DNA of 44,958 nucleotides, from assembly GCA_002269645.1 (NCBI GenBank), contig NIVC01004465.1:1-44958 (forward strand), given 5' to 3'. Origin of the DNA: Macrostomum lignano (Eukaryota). The position numbers and the translations under genes were made by a program. The notes under the pieces are model-generated. The model was not told the origin of the DNA and did no database searches. It saw only the letters and a list, made by a program, of their open reading frames with translations. Below are positions 13,501-25,867 of this stretch, piece after piece (the stretch's first letter is position 1; each line of letters starts with the position of its first letter).

Positions 13501-14260
13501 TCCCGATGCTTCAGGGCCTCAGTACCTTCTCTTCCTGATACTTCAGGGTCTCGGCAACCTCTCTTCCCGATGCTCCAGGGTCTCAGTGCCATCAGGACCT
13601 CCCTATTCTCCATCGTTTTGTTCAGGTATCCCGTTTCTCCTTTTCCCCAAAACTTTAGGGATCCCGTTTCTCTGCTCTTCCCGATACTTCATGAATCCCG
13701 TTTCTCTGCTCCTCCCGATACTTCAGGAATCCTGTTTCTTCTCCACTCTTCCCGATACTTCAGGAATCCCGTTTCTCTCTTCCTGATGCTTCATGGATAC
13801 CGTTTCTTCCTTTCTTTCGATACTTCAGGGACCTCGCTACATATTCTTCCCTATGCTTCAGGGGTTCAGCTTATCTTATACTCGTATTCTTTTATAAGCA
13901 TCATATTAAACCACAAACCTCCATTTCAACATCGTTATTCCGCTTCTCCAGCAAAATCAGATCAAACTTGGATGGTATCTGACAAGTCGTCTCACTGATT
14001 GACACTCCATTGACTTCTTTAACTTCAAGGAACAGGCTTAGATAGCCTCGGGCATCTCTATCAATTCCATCTGGATAGAGGTTCATGCAGCATTTAATTT
14101 CTGGCTTCTCTGGCGACCAGAACGGGCTGCTAGATAGCTTGTCACCCGAGCCAAGCATGCTGACATAGTCCCAGTTGCTTATTGTCCATTTGAATCTGAC
14201 ACTATACAACCGGTGGTCAGTGATGCACTGGGTGTCAAAGCAAGTCTCTTTCTCTGGCAT
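10597..14260 (-). CDS. MATH-BTB (SPOP-like) Cullin-3 substrate adaptor; complement(join(10597..10894,12812..13260,13919..14260)), 362 aa
   Basis: Exons of 342+449+298 = 1089 nt, GT-AG, phases 0 and 2. MATH domain: FKWTISNW...LSSSPFWS...MNLYPDGID...GYLSLFLE...DWGFKRF. BTB: DMSSLLEDHTFADISI...FRAHKTVLAARSSVFKAMF...MRFLYTG. BACK-like region: ILKVADKYEVNSLKAAC...LLAHMHKAAGLKQAC. The family is often expanded, so SPOP orthology is not asserted. An upstream exon cannot be excluded. Confidence 0.92.
10967..12750. repeat. Compound minisatellite: 25-bp (AACTACAGTGTGCTCAACTCCTGTT)n grading into 28-bp (ACAGTGTGCTCAACCCTGACACCCATAG)n
   Basis: Fills MATH-BTB intron 2; both units share the core CAGTGTGCTCAA. 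Confidence 0.95.
13335..13870. repeat. Degenerate 32-bp repeat (CTCTCTTCCCGATGCTTCAGGGCCTCATTGCA)
   Basis: Fills MATH-BTB intron 1. Confidence 0.9.
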
Positions 14261-15173
14261 AGTATCCAGTTCGATGCCTTTTGTTGTCTGGATAGTGCTT
14301 ACACAAAAATAAATTTCGATGAATTAACTAATCAGTAAGTGAATAAACTGCTAGCTTGTTGCTTCTTGTTGTTGCTAGTTGCTTCCAGTCCCTTAGCTCA
14401 AAGGATTGCTAGCAGAACAGCATTGCTGTTGCATTTAAATATTGCAACTATTGCAACAATTTCTTTGTGTTTATTGCTGTGTTGCTGAAAGATCAATATC
14501 ATTAATTTAAATTTCAAGCAATCAAGCACTTGGTAACATAAATGAAGCCTTGGGACAATGGCATTCTAGCTTCTGATACATCTTTGATCATTTTTTTAAA
14601 AAGTTACATTATGTCTCTTTTTTAAGATCTTGAGACATCACTTTATTAATAATCCATATAGCATTACTTGCATTAGATAGAAATTACTATACATCAAATA
14701 TTTTATAGTTATTTTTATTGATATTTCTTAAAAACAAAACTAAAAATCTAAATGTCTCTTTATTGTTGAAATAAATATCTTTAAGATATTAGGTAGGGAA
14801 TGGGGTTCAAAAAGAAAGTATAGGGTTATATGTATTATAAGATAATCATAGGTCCCCTAATTCTGCTAAGCATAGAAATGAATCGGTATCTAGTTGGCAA
14901 TCAATATACTTGCATACTTAACTAACTAGCTAGATCAACTAGTCTAAATGGGGGTATTCATTGACTTTTAAGTCTTACATTTGATAAGTAGCACCTCACC
15001 CTGCCACTGTTTTACTCTCTACAAAGAAACTAATTTGTCACTATCAATTACCTTTTCTTAACTTGGCCTTGTCTAATATTATGCAAAGCTAGTATATTAG
15101 TAACATTAGTATATAAATGAAGATGAGAAAAATGAGGACTATATACCTCATTACAACAAATTTATATAAAATA

Positions 15174-18148
15174 CTAGCAATCTTCGCCCCCCGTTGGGGG
15201 GCATCTGGATAGAATCTCTGTTCTCTACAAGTAACAAAAAGACAGCCAAATAAAGCCTTCATAAAAACAACAGACAAACTGCTCAAATAAAGTGTAATGC
15301 AAAAATAAATCATCCCAAGACAGCAAGCATCCCCCAGATAGCAAGCATCCCCTAGATAGCAAGTATCCCCCAGATAGCAAGCATCCCCCAAATAGCAAGC
15401 ATCCCCCAAATAGCAAGCATCCCCCAGATAGCAAGCATCCCCCAGATGGGAAGCATCCCCCAGATAGCAAGCATCCCCAAATAGTAAGCATCCACCAGAC
15501 AATAAGTAGCTAGTGCAACAATTTCCTTAGCTCTATAGTGGCTCCTTTAAAATTGGTATGACGCTTACTTTTACGTTTGAAATTTTGTATCTTTTATGTT
15601 TGACATGGTAGCTCTTTTATGTTCTACATGATGGCTCTCTTATGTTTGATTCGGGGTTTTTTTAATGTCTGACATGGTGTCTCTTTAATGTTTGACATGG
15701 TGGCTCTTTAATGTTTGACATGGTGGCTCTTTAATGTTCGACATGGTGGCTCTTTAATGTTTGACATGGTGGCTCTTTATTGTTTGACATGGTGGCTCTT
15801 TAATGTTTCACATTGTGGCTCTTTACTGTTTGACATGGAGTCACATATATGTTTGAAATGGTGGCTCTTTTATGTTTGACATGGAGGCTCTTTTATGTTT
15901 GACATGGTGGCTCTTTTATGTTTGACGTGGTGGCTCTTTAATGTTCCAAATGGTGGCTCTTTAATGTTTGACATAAAGTCACATATATGTTTGACATGGT
16001 GGCTCTTAAATGTTTGACATGGTGGCTCTTTAATGTTCTTCATGGTGGCTCTTTAATGTTCGACATGGTGGCTCATTTAGGTTTGACATGATGGCTCTTT
16101 TATGTTTGACATTGTGTCTTTTTTATGTTTGACATGGTAGCTCTTTTATGTTCGAAATAGTGGCTCTTAATGTTTGACATAAAGTCACATATATGTTTGA
16201 CATGGTGGCTCTTAAATGTTTGACATGGTGGCTCTTTAATGTTCAAAATGGTGGCTCTTTAATGTTTGACATGGTGGCTCTTTAATGTTTGACCTGATAG
16301 CTCGTTTATGTTCGATATGGTGGCTCTTTAATATTTGACATGGTGGCTCTTTAATGTTTGACATGATAGCTCTTTCATGTTCAATATACGTCTCTTTAAT
16401 GTTCAACATGGTTGCTCTTCTATGTTTGACATTGCGCTTCTTTTATGTGTAGCAGTTTTGTGTGTTTTTAAGGTGTTTTAATAAAAAATATTTTTGCACT
16501 ACTAAGATTCGAACCTAGGTTGCTACATTAGCATTCCAGTCTGTTCGCATCTGGGCGATCTCTTTTTAATTGGAGAACATGAATTGTGGCCCTTATAATT
16601 CAATTCTTAAAGCAAGTTGGTTAGAGTAAAATGTTATGACATAATCAATTTCTCAGTCAGCCAGTATCAGTCCCAATTTAAGTTAGCAATATGGTTACGC
16701 AATTTCAATCAAGTTGGGTGTGCATTTCTTCGACACTGTTTTCAACTTGAAACTTGGGACATCTGGATAGAATCTCTGTTCTCTACAAGTAACAAAAAGA
16801 CAGCCAAATAAAGCCTTCACAAAGACAACAGACAAACTGCTCAAATAAAGTGTAATGCAAAAAGAAATCATGTCCCAAGACAGCAAGCATCCCCCAGATA
16901 GCAAGCATCCCCCAGATTGCAAGCATCCCCCAGATAGCAAGCATCCCCCAGATAGGAAGCATCCCCCAGATAGCAAGCATCCTCCAAATGGTAAGCATCC
17001 ACCAGACAATAAGTAGCTAGTGCAACAATTTCCTTAGCTCTATAGTGGCTCCTTTAAAATTGGCATGACGCTTGCTTTTACATTTGAAATTTTGTATCTT
17101 TTATGTTTGACATGGTGGCTCTTTAATGTTTGACATGGTGGCTCTTTTATGTTCTACATGGTGGCTCTTTAATGTTTGACATGGTGGCTCTTTAATGTTC
17201 TTCATGGTGGTTCTTTTATGTTTGACATGGAGTCACAAATATACTTGACATGGTGACTCATTAATGTTAGACATGGTGACGCTTTAATGTTTGACATGAT
17301 GGTCCTTTTATGTTTGACATGGTGTCTCTTTAATGTTTGACATGATGGCTCTTTAATGTTTGGCATGAAGGCTCTTTGATGTTTGACCTGGTGGCACCTT
17401 AATGTCTGTAATGATGGCTCTTTAATGTTTGAAATGGTGGCTCTTTAATATTTGACATGGTGGCTCTTTAATGTTTGACATGGTGGTCCTTTTATGTTTG
17501 ACATGCTGGCTCTTTTATGTTTGACATGATGGCTCTTTAATGTTTGACATTGTGCTTTTTTGTGTTTAGCATTATGTGTTTTTAAGGTTTTTGAATAAAA
17601 AAATCTTTTTGCACTACTAAGATTCGAACCCAGGTCGCTGCATTAGCAGTTTAGTCTGTTCGCATCTATCTATGCTATCTCTTGTCAATTGGAGAACATG
17701 AATTGTGGCCCTTATAATTAAATTCTTATAGCAAATCGGTTAGAGTAAAAAGTTACAACATAATCAATTTCTCAGTCAGCCAGTATCAGTGTCAATTTAA
17801 GTTAGCAATATTGTTACGCAATTTAAATCAAGTTTTGTGTGCATTTCTTTGGCACTGTTTTCAACTGGTTGTGATGTAATCTTTATCACAATCGGAATTC
17901 AGTCAGTCAGTTTTTTCTCTAGCATTCTTATAATGCATTTCAGGTCGAAAGAGCTGCTTGACCTTTGCAAAAAAGCATGTTTTCCGAATATTTAATCCCT
18001 TTTTAATATTGAGCAATTTCTTAGCCAAGATGCATGTACTGTCCCAGGAAAATTTCTGATCGAATGGTGCAAGTTTGAAGAAAATCAGTTGAGCCATTTT
18101 TTCTGAAATCTATCTCACAGAGACACAAATCATTTTTAGTATAAGGGA
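15174..18148 (-). mobile_element. Non-autonomous Helitron with an internal tandem duplication
   Basis: On the minus strand: 5' A|TCCCTTATACTAAAA...TGTGTCTCTGT at 18148, a 3' GC hairpin (plus 15186-15202 GCCCCCCGTTGGGGGGC) and then CTAG|T at 15174. It is inserted between A and T with no TSD. The segment 15202-16747 is repeated at 16760-17866. It contains 18-bp (CCCCCAGATAGCAAGCAT) and 22-bp (ATGTTTGACATGGTGGCTCTTT) arrays. Confidence 0.75.
16495..16570 (-). other. tRNA-derived (SINE-head-like) remnant inside the Helitron; second copy at about 17610-17685
   Basis: B-box GGTTCGAATC (plus 16506-16515 and 17621-17630) lies in a pairable T-arm. An A-box-like TAGCATAGATAG is present in the second copy. 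There is no acceptor stem. Confidence 0.5.
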
Positions 18149-18849
18149 TTATACAGTTAACTATATAGACATAAGTATGAAAATTATGTTATTGAAAGTT
18201 CTATTATAAACATTGATATAGTCAAAGCCCAAGTTTTTAGCAACTTTTCTTTTTGTTTTCTTACATAGTCTTAAGTATAATATATGCTAAACTATATGAT
18301 TAAGTGTTTATAGCATATTTTTTATTTTGAGAATAAAAAAAAACTATTAGTTATATTTTTCAAAGGACTAATGCAAAATAATCTACAAGAAAAATGCTAA
18401 AAATGACATATAAAGAATGAAAATCCATCGAATAGTTCAAAAGTTATGTAACTTATTAGTCAAAAAAATGCTTCTTTTCGCAAAAATGATCACAGTGGCT
18501 TATGGGAAAAATACATTACGGAGACAACAAAATATATGGCACTAAAAGTGCTATAACTTTTTTATTACTTGACCAAAATTTAAAAGTGAGGTGTCATTTT
18601 GCTCATATAACTAAGATCTACCAAATGGTATAGAAAATAATTCTGAATTTAGAAGTTTCAAAATCTCACTGGACTCCCTAGTGTTTTACATATAGGATTG
18701 CAAATATTTCTAAAAACATGATACAAATAATTTGAGTTGAAACTAGCAGGTTTACACAATTATTATAGGCCTAAGCTTAACTATTCTATACTAAACTCTA
18801 ATAAAAAATGAAATATATACAAAAAATAACTTCTAAGCCTATACTTAGA

Positions 18850-19410
18850 AGGGGTTGCCATCATAAACCTGAAAAATCACAACTCCAAAAGCACTTCCTA
18901 TCATAAACCCAAAATATCATAAACCCGAAATATCACAAACCCAAAATATCACAAATCCAAAATATCACAAACCTGAAATATCATAACTCCAAAAAACAAA
19001 ATAGCAATGCCTATCATAAACCCGAAATATCACAAACCCAAAATATCACAAATTCAAAATATCACAAACCTGAAATATCATAACTCCAAATAACAAAATA
19101 GCAATGCCTATCATAAACCCGAAATATCAGAAACCTGAAAAATTACAACTCCAAAATTAATAGCAACACCCATCATAAACCCAAAAAATCACAACTCTGA
19201 AAACCAAAAATGGCAAATAGCATTGCCCATCATAAACCCAAAATATCACAAAGCCAAAATATCATAACTCCGAATACCAAAATAGTGTTGGACATTGCTA
19301 GAACTTTTGGAGTTATGATATTTTGGGCTTATGATGGGCAATACTATTTTTGTTTTTGGAGATATGATATTTTGGGTTTATGATGTGCATTGCTATTTTG
19401 TTTTAAGGAG
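18850..19410. repeat. Asymmetric inverted repeat built from ATCATAAACCCAAAATATCAC sub-repeats (foldback-like remnant)
   Basis: Direct sub-repeats at 18860-19275; the reverse-complement run at about 19303-19400. Confidence 0.6.
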
Positions 19411-19426
19411 TTCACTATGTTTTATA

Positions 19427-19680
19427 TCACTATTTAGCTGACAGTCCTGCCCCACTGCTAGTCAAATAAGCCTGTCACTATTTAGCTGACAGTCCTGCCC
19501 CACTGCTAGTCAAATAAGCCTGTCACTATTTAGCTGACAGTCCTGCCCCACTGCTAGTCAAATAAGCCTGTCACTATTTAGCTGACAGTCCTGCCCCACT
19601 GCCAGTCAAATAAGCCCATCAGTATTTAGCCGGCAGTCCTGTCCCACTGCTGGTCAAATAAGCCTATTACTATTTAGCTA
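19427..19680. repeat. 48-bp tandem repeat (TCACTATTTAGCTGACAGTCCTGCCCCACTGCTAGTCAAATAAGCCTG), about 5 copies
   Basis: Three near-perfect copies followed by degenerate ones. Confidence 0.9.
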
Positions 19681-19790
19681 ACAATCCTGGCCCAAATGGC
19701 CATGCTGGTCAAAATACATTTATGCATTTTATAGCTGCATTGCTTGTCATGACCTTAAATTATAATTTAACATACTATGAGCTATATTAA

Positions 19791-21314
19791 TCTCTACATA
19801 TAAAAATCAAAACTCCGTCTATGTGTCTGTCTGTGTGTCTGTAGGCCCTAGACAAATTTGTTCGCTATGCCATGGACTCCCAAACCACTCAACCAAATGA
19901 CACTAAAATTTACACCCACCCTTAACTCACTACAGAGAATGTCTTAGGCTACTGTGGACTGCTGAGTAAATTTTTGTTTGCTATGGCGACAATTCTAGGC
20001 CACTAGAGTATGACTGAAGTCTGTTTTTTGGGATTGGAAGGGATAATTTCAGGTTGTTGTGGAGACATCTCAGGAACTGCTGAGATTTCAAGGCTTATTG
20101 GTTGAATTACTGAGATGTCATGGCTTTTTGGGATAATTTCTGAGATTTCAAGCTCATGGGAATTTCTCAGAGGTCAAGGCTTACTGGGGTAATTGCTAAG
20201 ATGTCAAGGCTTACTGGAAGAATTGCTGAGATTTCAAGGCTTACTGAGGGAATTACTGACATTTCAAAGCTTACTTGGGGAATTGCTGAGATGTCAAGGC
20301 TTACTGGCCTGGGAGAATTGCGTAGATGTCAAGGCTCGAGTTTAAATCTGCGATGTCGACGGCCTACTAAGGGAACTGCTAAGATGTCAAGGCTCATGGG
20401 GATGGCTGAATTATTGAGATATCAAGGCTCATGGGGGGTGGCTGAATTGTTCGGGGAGGGGATTAGGTTGTTGAGCGATTGTCAGATCGTCAAGTTGTAT
20501 GGCTCAAGTAGCTCATTTAATTCAGATAATATAATAGTACATACAAGTGATGCTAAATTCTGCTGATAGGAAATACCAGCATATTTATTAAAAGTTTGAT
20601 TCTTTGAGTTAGGCTAATAAAGAGGGGGGTCAAAGGCCGTCAGGGATTGGCATATTGAGCTCCTGCTGCCGCTGCGGACCAGAATATGCCCAGGCCAATG
20701 ACAATATGTTCTAAGAGTTTGTGCTTGAAAGGATAAGCACTATTTGCTGATTGAAAAAGGGTTCTGGGCTGCTGAAGGAAACTTTTTTACTGGTGAAAGT
20801 TTTGATTCATGGCAATTTATTTTTTTTTCAAAGTGAGAAAAAGTAATTTTTGATTAATAGAAATGGAAATTAATGGTTACTGTTAGGCCAAAATAAAAAT
20901 CACTTGGTGTCATTTTAAAGCCCCCTAGTGGGGGGCTAAATGGCTAGTAAAATTTCCTAAATTTGAGTCTTCCTACCTAAAAGTGCAAAAAACTGCTCAA
21001 AATGCGCGATTTTTTCACTAAATCCTCTATAGCACCGCTCCACTTCTACCGACCCTCTTTAAATTTGACACAATCAATCTTTAACTATTTTGACACAATC
21101 GTGTAAAATTTCAAGTCTTAAACTTAATCCTGAATGGCGCTATGCACTTTTAAAGTTAGGCTGTTTTTTTCAGAAAGATGGGAGAGTAGAAATAGAGGAG
21201 AGGTTACAGAGACAAGAGGAGAGAGGAGACAAAGGTAGAGAAGTGAGTGAGGAGAGAGGAAAGAGAAGAATGGAGAGGGGAGAGTGTAGAGAGAGGAGGA
21301 GAGATAAGAAAGAA

Positions 21315-21397
<83 letters not shown>

Positions 21398-21417
21398 CAG
21401 AGATAAGAGAGAAAGAC

Positions 21418-21474
<57 letters not shown>

Positions 21475-22144
21475 CAAAAAGAAATGAGAAGAGATAAGAG
21501 AGAAAAGATAAAAGAAGAAAAAAGAAAGATGAGAGAGCAAAGACAAAAGAAAAGAGGTGAGGGAAGAGACGAGGGAAGAGGGGAGAGATGAGAGAGTAGA
21601 GGAAAGAGTTAAGAGAAGAAAGAAAATAATAGAAAGGAGAAGAAAGATAAGAGAGAAGAGGGGGTAAAAGGAGAGAGGAGAGGGGAGAGAGGAAAGAGGA
21701 GAGGAGAGAAGAGAGAAAAGAAGAAACAAGAGATGAGATAAGAGAGATGAAAGAGAAGAGAGATAAGGGAAGATATGAGAGAAGAGGGGAGAGAAGAGAG
21801 AGGAGAAAGGAGAGACGAGGGATGAGAGAGATAAGAGGAAACAAAGAGACGATAGAAATTTTAAAGGATCCAAGGGACATAGGGAGAGTCAGGGAGAGGC
21901 CAGAGTTTAGCAATACATATTTTAGAGTCAGACAGACATTGCTTGACATTCTGCGTAGTACCCCAGCCAACAATGTCTCAAACCCTAATTTTACACGAAT
22001 GTGCTCCATTTTATGTCTACCACTATCCTACTAACTATTAACAAGTTTATGTTTGTGTATGGCCTTAGATTTCAGAATACATGCAAAAGTAGTTCCAGGT
22101 ATTGGAATTCCCTGGGTTCAAAATCCGCGGGTTTCAACAGCTTG
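19791..22144 (+). mobile_element. Non-autonomous Helitron, family copy 1, with a nested Helitron 3' fragment and a GA tract
   Basis: 5' A|TCTCTACATATAAAAATC...TGTCTGTCTG; 3' AATCCGCGGGTT...CAGCTTG|T. CTTG is one mismatch from the CTRR consensus. Homology with 38626-41437 stops within a few bases of both ends. The extra 19954-20947 segment ends in a hairpin (AGCCCCC-TAGTG-GGGGGCT) plus CTAG|T. Confidence 0.72.
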
Positions 22145-22669
22145 TATTATATATATTACAATTTTGGAGTTTTTCAATAAAGGTATTTACAGTGGTTTTT
22201 AGGCTTTAATGAGTGGTTTTGACTCAGAGATTGAAGTGAAAGTAAAACATGCATAATTAATTTTTAATTTGTTTAATATGTCTTTTGCTGAGCACTACAA
22301 ATAATTTATAGAATATGCTAGACTTCCAGAAACAATTAAATGAACTTGAAATTGAAAGTAAGTAATGAAATTGTACTGAATTTGCATTTGATTTCTATTC
22401 ACTGTAACTACTTTTGTAGGGCCTATTGCTCAATGTTTAAATATCTTGAATAAATATAGTGGGGCAGGACTGCAGGACTGCCGGTTAATATTACTAGATA
22501 TCAAAGATAGGCCTATATCATATGCAATCCTTATTTGTTAAGAAGTTAGGCCTAACTAAATTAGGACCTATCTATATCCATCCATGGAGTTCTGATGGCT
22601 AGACCTTATTGGCTAGGCCTATATGCTTTAGGCTAATATTTGAATATTAATATGGTATATGGCAATGGC

Positions 22670-23419
22670 ATGGAAATGCTTATCCCCATAGTCCTATGCC
22701 AATAATTCTAATTTTATCTATATGGATCCATGTTGATAATTTCCAGCTTTTCACCATGGCAGCTTATTGAAATAGCTGTCACCATTCAAGTCTATAGGCC
22801 GTGTCAATAATTCCAATTTTATTTACATAGATCTGTCTAGTGTCTTGAAATAATTTCTAGCTTATCCCCATGGCTAAGATTGTGTGGTTGTTTGTATTAA
22901 GTTTTGTATAGGCCTACTGCTTTAAATTGATATTATCATTATTAGGCCCTTAGTATTATTATCATTAGGCCTAGGCCTATATTACATTTTGAATTTTGCA
23001 AGTCTTTATTTGCCTCAATCTTAGGGTCTGTTTGGTCATTCTAAGCAAATCTGGTAGCTAAGCAAATATTTAAAATTAACCCTTTTAAAATTAAAATTAA
23101 AATTAAAGTACTTGATACTATTTAGTATTCAATAGCTTATTTGGAAGATTTTCATTTGTAAAACAATGAAAACAATTAGAGTTTTTGAATAGATTCATTT
23201 TAAGGTTCTCTATTCAAATACCTACCATGAGGATAAGCTAAAAATCATTGACATAGATCCATCTAAATAAAATTAGAATTATTGACATGGCCTATAGACT
23301 TAAATGGTGGCAGCTATTTTAATAAGCTGCCATAGGGATAAGCTAAAAATTATTGACACGGATCCATGTGGATAAAAATAGAATTATTGGCAGAGGACAA
23401 TGGCGATAAGCACTTCCAT
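22670..23419. mobile_element. Degenerate foldback/MITE-like inverted repeat (arms 22670-22873 and 23225-23419)
   Basis: Arms of about 200 bp are reverse complements, e.g. GCAGCTTATTGAAATAGCTGTCACCATT versus AATGGTGGCAGCTATTTTAATAAGCTGC. No TSD found. Confidence 0.55.
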
Positions 23420-25182
23420 ATATAGCATAGGCCTAGTAAAATTTTGAACCTAGAATAGGCCTAGTAGGTAGCCTAGCTACATTGTATTGAATTATTGGCC
23501 TAAATATTATTAACTAGCAGTAGCCACTATTGCGTATAATTTATTAGGCCTAGTTAGTCTAGTCTAGCTTAATATGTTAATATAATATCCTTACTAGACC
23601 TTAGAGGTTAAAGCCTATTGGTTAGAGATATAATTACTATTTCTTGAATTTATGACAATTCTTTTCATTGATTTCTAAAGTTCTACCATTATTGAATTTT
23701 TCCTGTATATAAGGGATTTTTTTCCTTTTTCTTGATTGTCTTTTTTTGTATTATTTAAATAACTAAAGCAACAAAATCTCTAATTCTTACCATGCAAGGG
23801 ATTGCAAGATCTTCTGTAAGGGCAATGGCCTACTTATTAGTTGGTTTCAAAGAAGCTTCCTTTGCATCTAGCCTTTGATAGTGGCAAATTCTAGGTGGCT
23901 TCCCTAGGTTTCATCTATTTTAAGCCCCTTAACTTAAGCCCCCATCATCACAAATATAATATGCATATATTGTCAAAATGTTGTTGGAGTCCCTGACCCT
24001 AGGGATTTATAAGCTACTTTTATATTAAAAGTGAAAACATATATTTTAACTTTAGCCCCCCCCTTTTATTTTTCCCCAATGTGCATATAGTGTCTAAAAT
24101 TTTTGTCTTCATTGATTGAATCTCCAATTCTAGGGACCTAAGAGCATCCTTCACATTGAAAGTGAAAATAGTTATCTTAAATTTAGCCCCCATCATCCCA
24201 ACCCCATCTCAGTCATACATACGCAACCTCTCTGATTTACACTGGCCATGCAACTTACTTTTTGACCAAAAAATGCAACTTACCTGTGAAATAAACCATA
24301 AAGCAAAACTAATCCAATTATGGATAAACAGCAGGAGTAACTATAACTGTCTTATTAAGGCTAAATGCCTTGTCATCTAATTGGTATTATGTCTGTATTC
24401 TTTCAAGTACCTTTCCTTTAGTATACTGTATAGCAAGGGTTCCTCTTACTTCAAATAGACCTACTGGCACTCTTTCGAATTCAAATATGATCCATACCCT
24501 TGTCGCCCATAATGCAAAAATAACGCATTTTTAATCCAGATTATAATGGAATTAAATGCCATTAAATGGGATTATAATTTAGCATTATAATGTGTAAATA
24601 ATGCATGAAAATGGAAAAAATGGGATTATAATTTGGCATATAATGCAGAAAAATGAAAAAATGGGATTATAATTTCGCTCCCCTTTTTGTATTTGCGCAA
24701 TAGCTGCTAATAGTAATACTGCCTTTCCTGTCCGTACAGTGACGTGCCACTGAGAAATAAACAAGACATTTATGGCAACCTCGCAGTTCAGAATTCTGTC
24801 CAGTAGTTGTTGATTACATTTTTTTAAAAACAAATTAATTTTATTTAGGAAAAGAAAATTTTGCATATTCAGATTATTACAGATGATTGCATATTCATTG
24901 AAATATTGAACATACATAAGTATAGCAATTCGCTGATAAGCATTATAGATGAGCATTAGAATTACAATTAGAATAGGGGTATTGGGATAATTAGCATAGA
25001 AAAACTTAATTTGTTAAGTGGGCTAGTGGATTAGGTCTTAACTAATCCTAATTTCAATTATGCATAGAATGCATTCTTTGGCAGCCCACCATTGACTCGG
25101 TCTTTGTCATGTTAAAATTAGTAAACGAAAGAGTAGAGCACCTCATCCCTGCCCTCTAAACAGTAGAACATCTGAACACTAT

Positions 25183-25860
25183 CTAGTCATGTTCGGACTC
25201 TTCCAGCAGTGGGAAAACACAAAAACAACCACGAGGCAAGTTGGAAAAAGACGCTTCCATTTTTATGCAGCGACAAGCAACATCAGACAGATGGAGGAAA
25301 ACATCCTCATCGAAATTAATCGAAGAGAAAATTATAATGTTGTGAAGTGGGATATTCGATCGCAAAAAGCAAACAATTTTTCTGACGCATGAGATAGTTG
25401 GTTCAATGAAACTTCATCGAATAAGCAATCGATCAAGCGGCACTGTTGGACAAGGCGATGGGCAACTATTTTATCGTCAACAAAGTCACGAATAACAAAA
25501 AAAGATCCGGAAACAGACAATATAAATGAACTACATGTACTTAAACAATTATCACTACCAATGGATGTTAAAATCTTGCCCGTCTTTGTGCAGTGCTTAC
25601 TTTTAGGAACAATATAATCAGGTGCAATGGCTGAGAGAGCGTCAGAAATTGAAATATTGGAATCTGCCGCAGATTGAAGCGAGAATAAAATAGACTTGAG
25701 CCACACAACATTTTCACAGATTTGATGGCCATGAAAACCATACAGATTTTTCATATTTGAAAAAATTTGTCCAAAACGGGTAGTTTTCAATTTTTAATTT
25801 CCACCTTCCAGTTTCCAATTGAACTGAACATAATTTAAAGGTTTTAGCAGTGACGATATG
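25183..25860 (-). pseudogene. Probable C-terminal remnant of a CMC/EnSpm transposase (frameshifted, 5'-truncated)
   Basis: ORFs 25332-25790 and 25183-25365 join via a frameshift: ...NMKNLYGFHGHQIC...SFFVIRDFVDDKIVAHRL...DVACRCIKM...CVFPLLEESEHD*. The C-terminus resembles the KC(I/V)...P(L)...E-x-D* ending I recall from animal EnSpm-type transposases. It lies inside the TIR-bounded element. No catalytic core is visible. Confidence 0.5.
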
Positions 25861-25867
25861 ACAGTTA

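Noticed and set aside
11464-17009. Repetitive ORFs (VSGLSTLSMG, GDACYL, GGCLLS, ASGP...)
   Set aside because: They are products of the 28-, 32- and 18-bp arrays in introns or in the Helitron.
16495-17685. Functional tRNA genes
   Set aside because: Only the T-arm/B-box is convincing; there is no acceptor stem, and both copies lie inside a Helitron.
21090-22034. L/S-rich and R/E-rich ORFs, also at 39838-41244 (468 aa)
   Set aside because: GA/TC tracts lack stop codons, so all frames are open.
24585-24956. 123-aa minus-strand ORF near the left TIR
   Set aside because: It is AT-rich subterminal repeat sequence with no recognisable motif.
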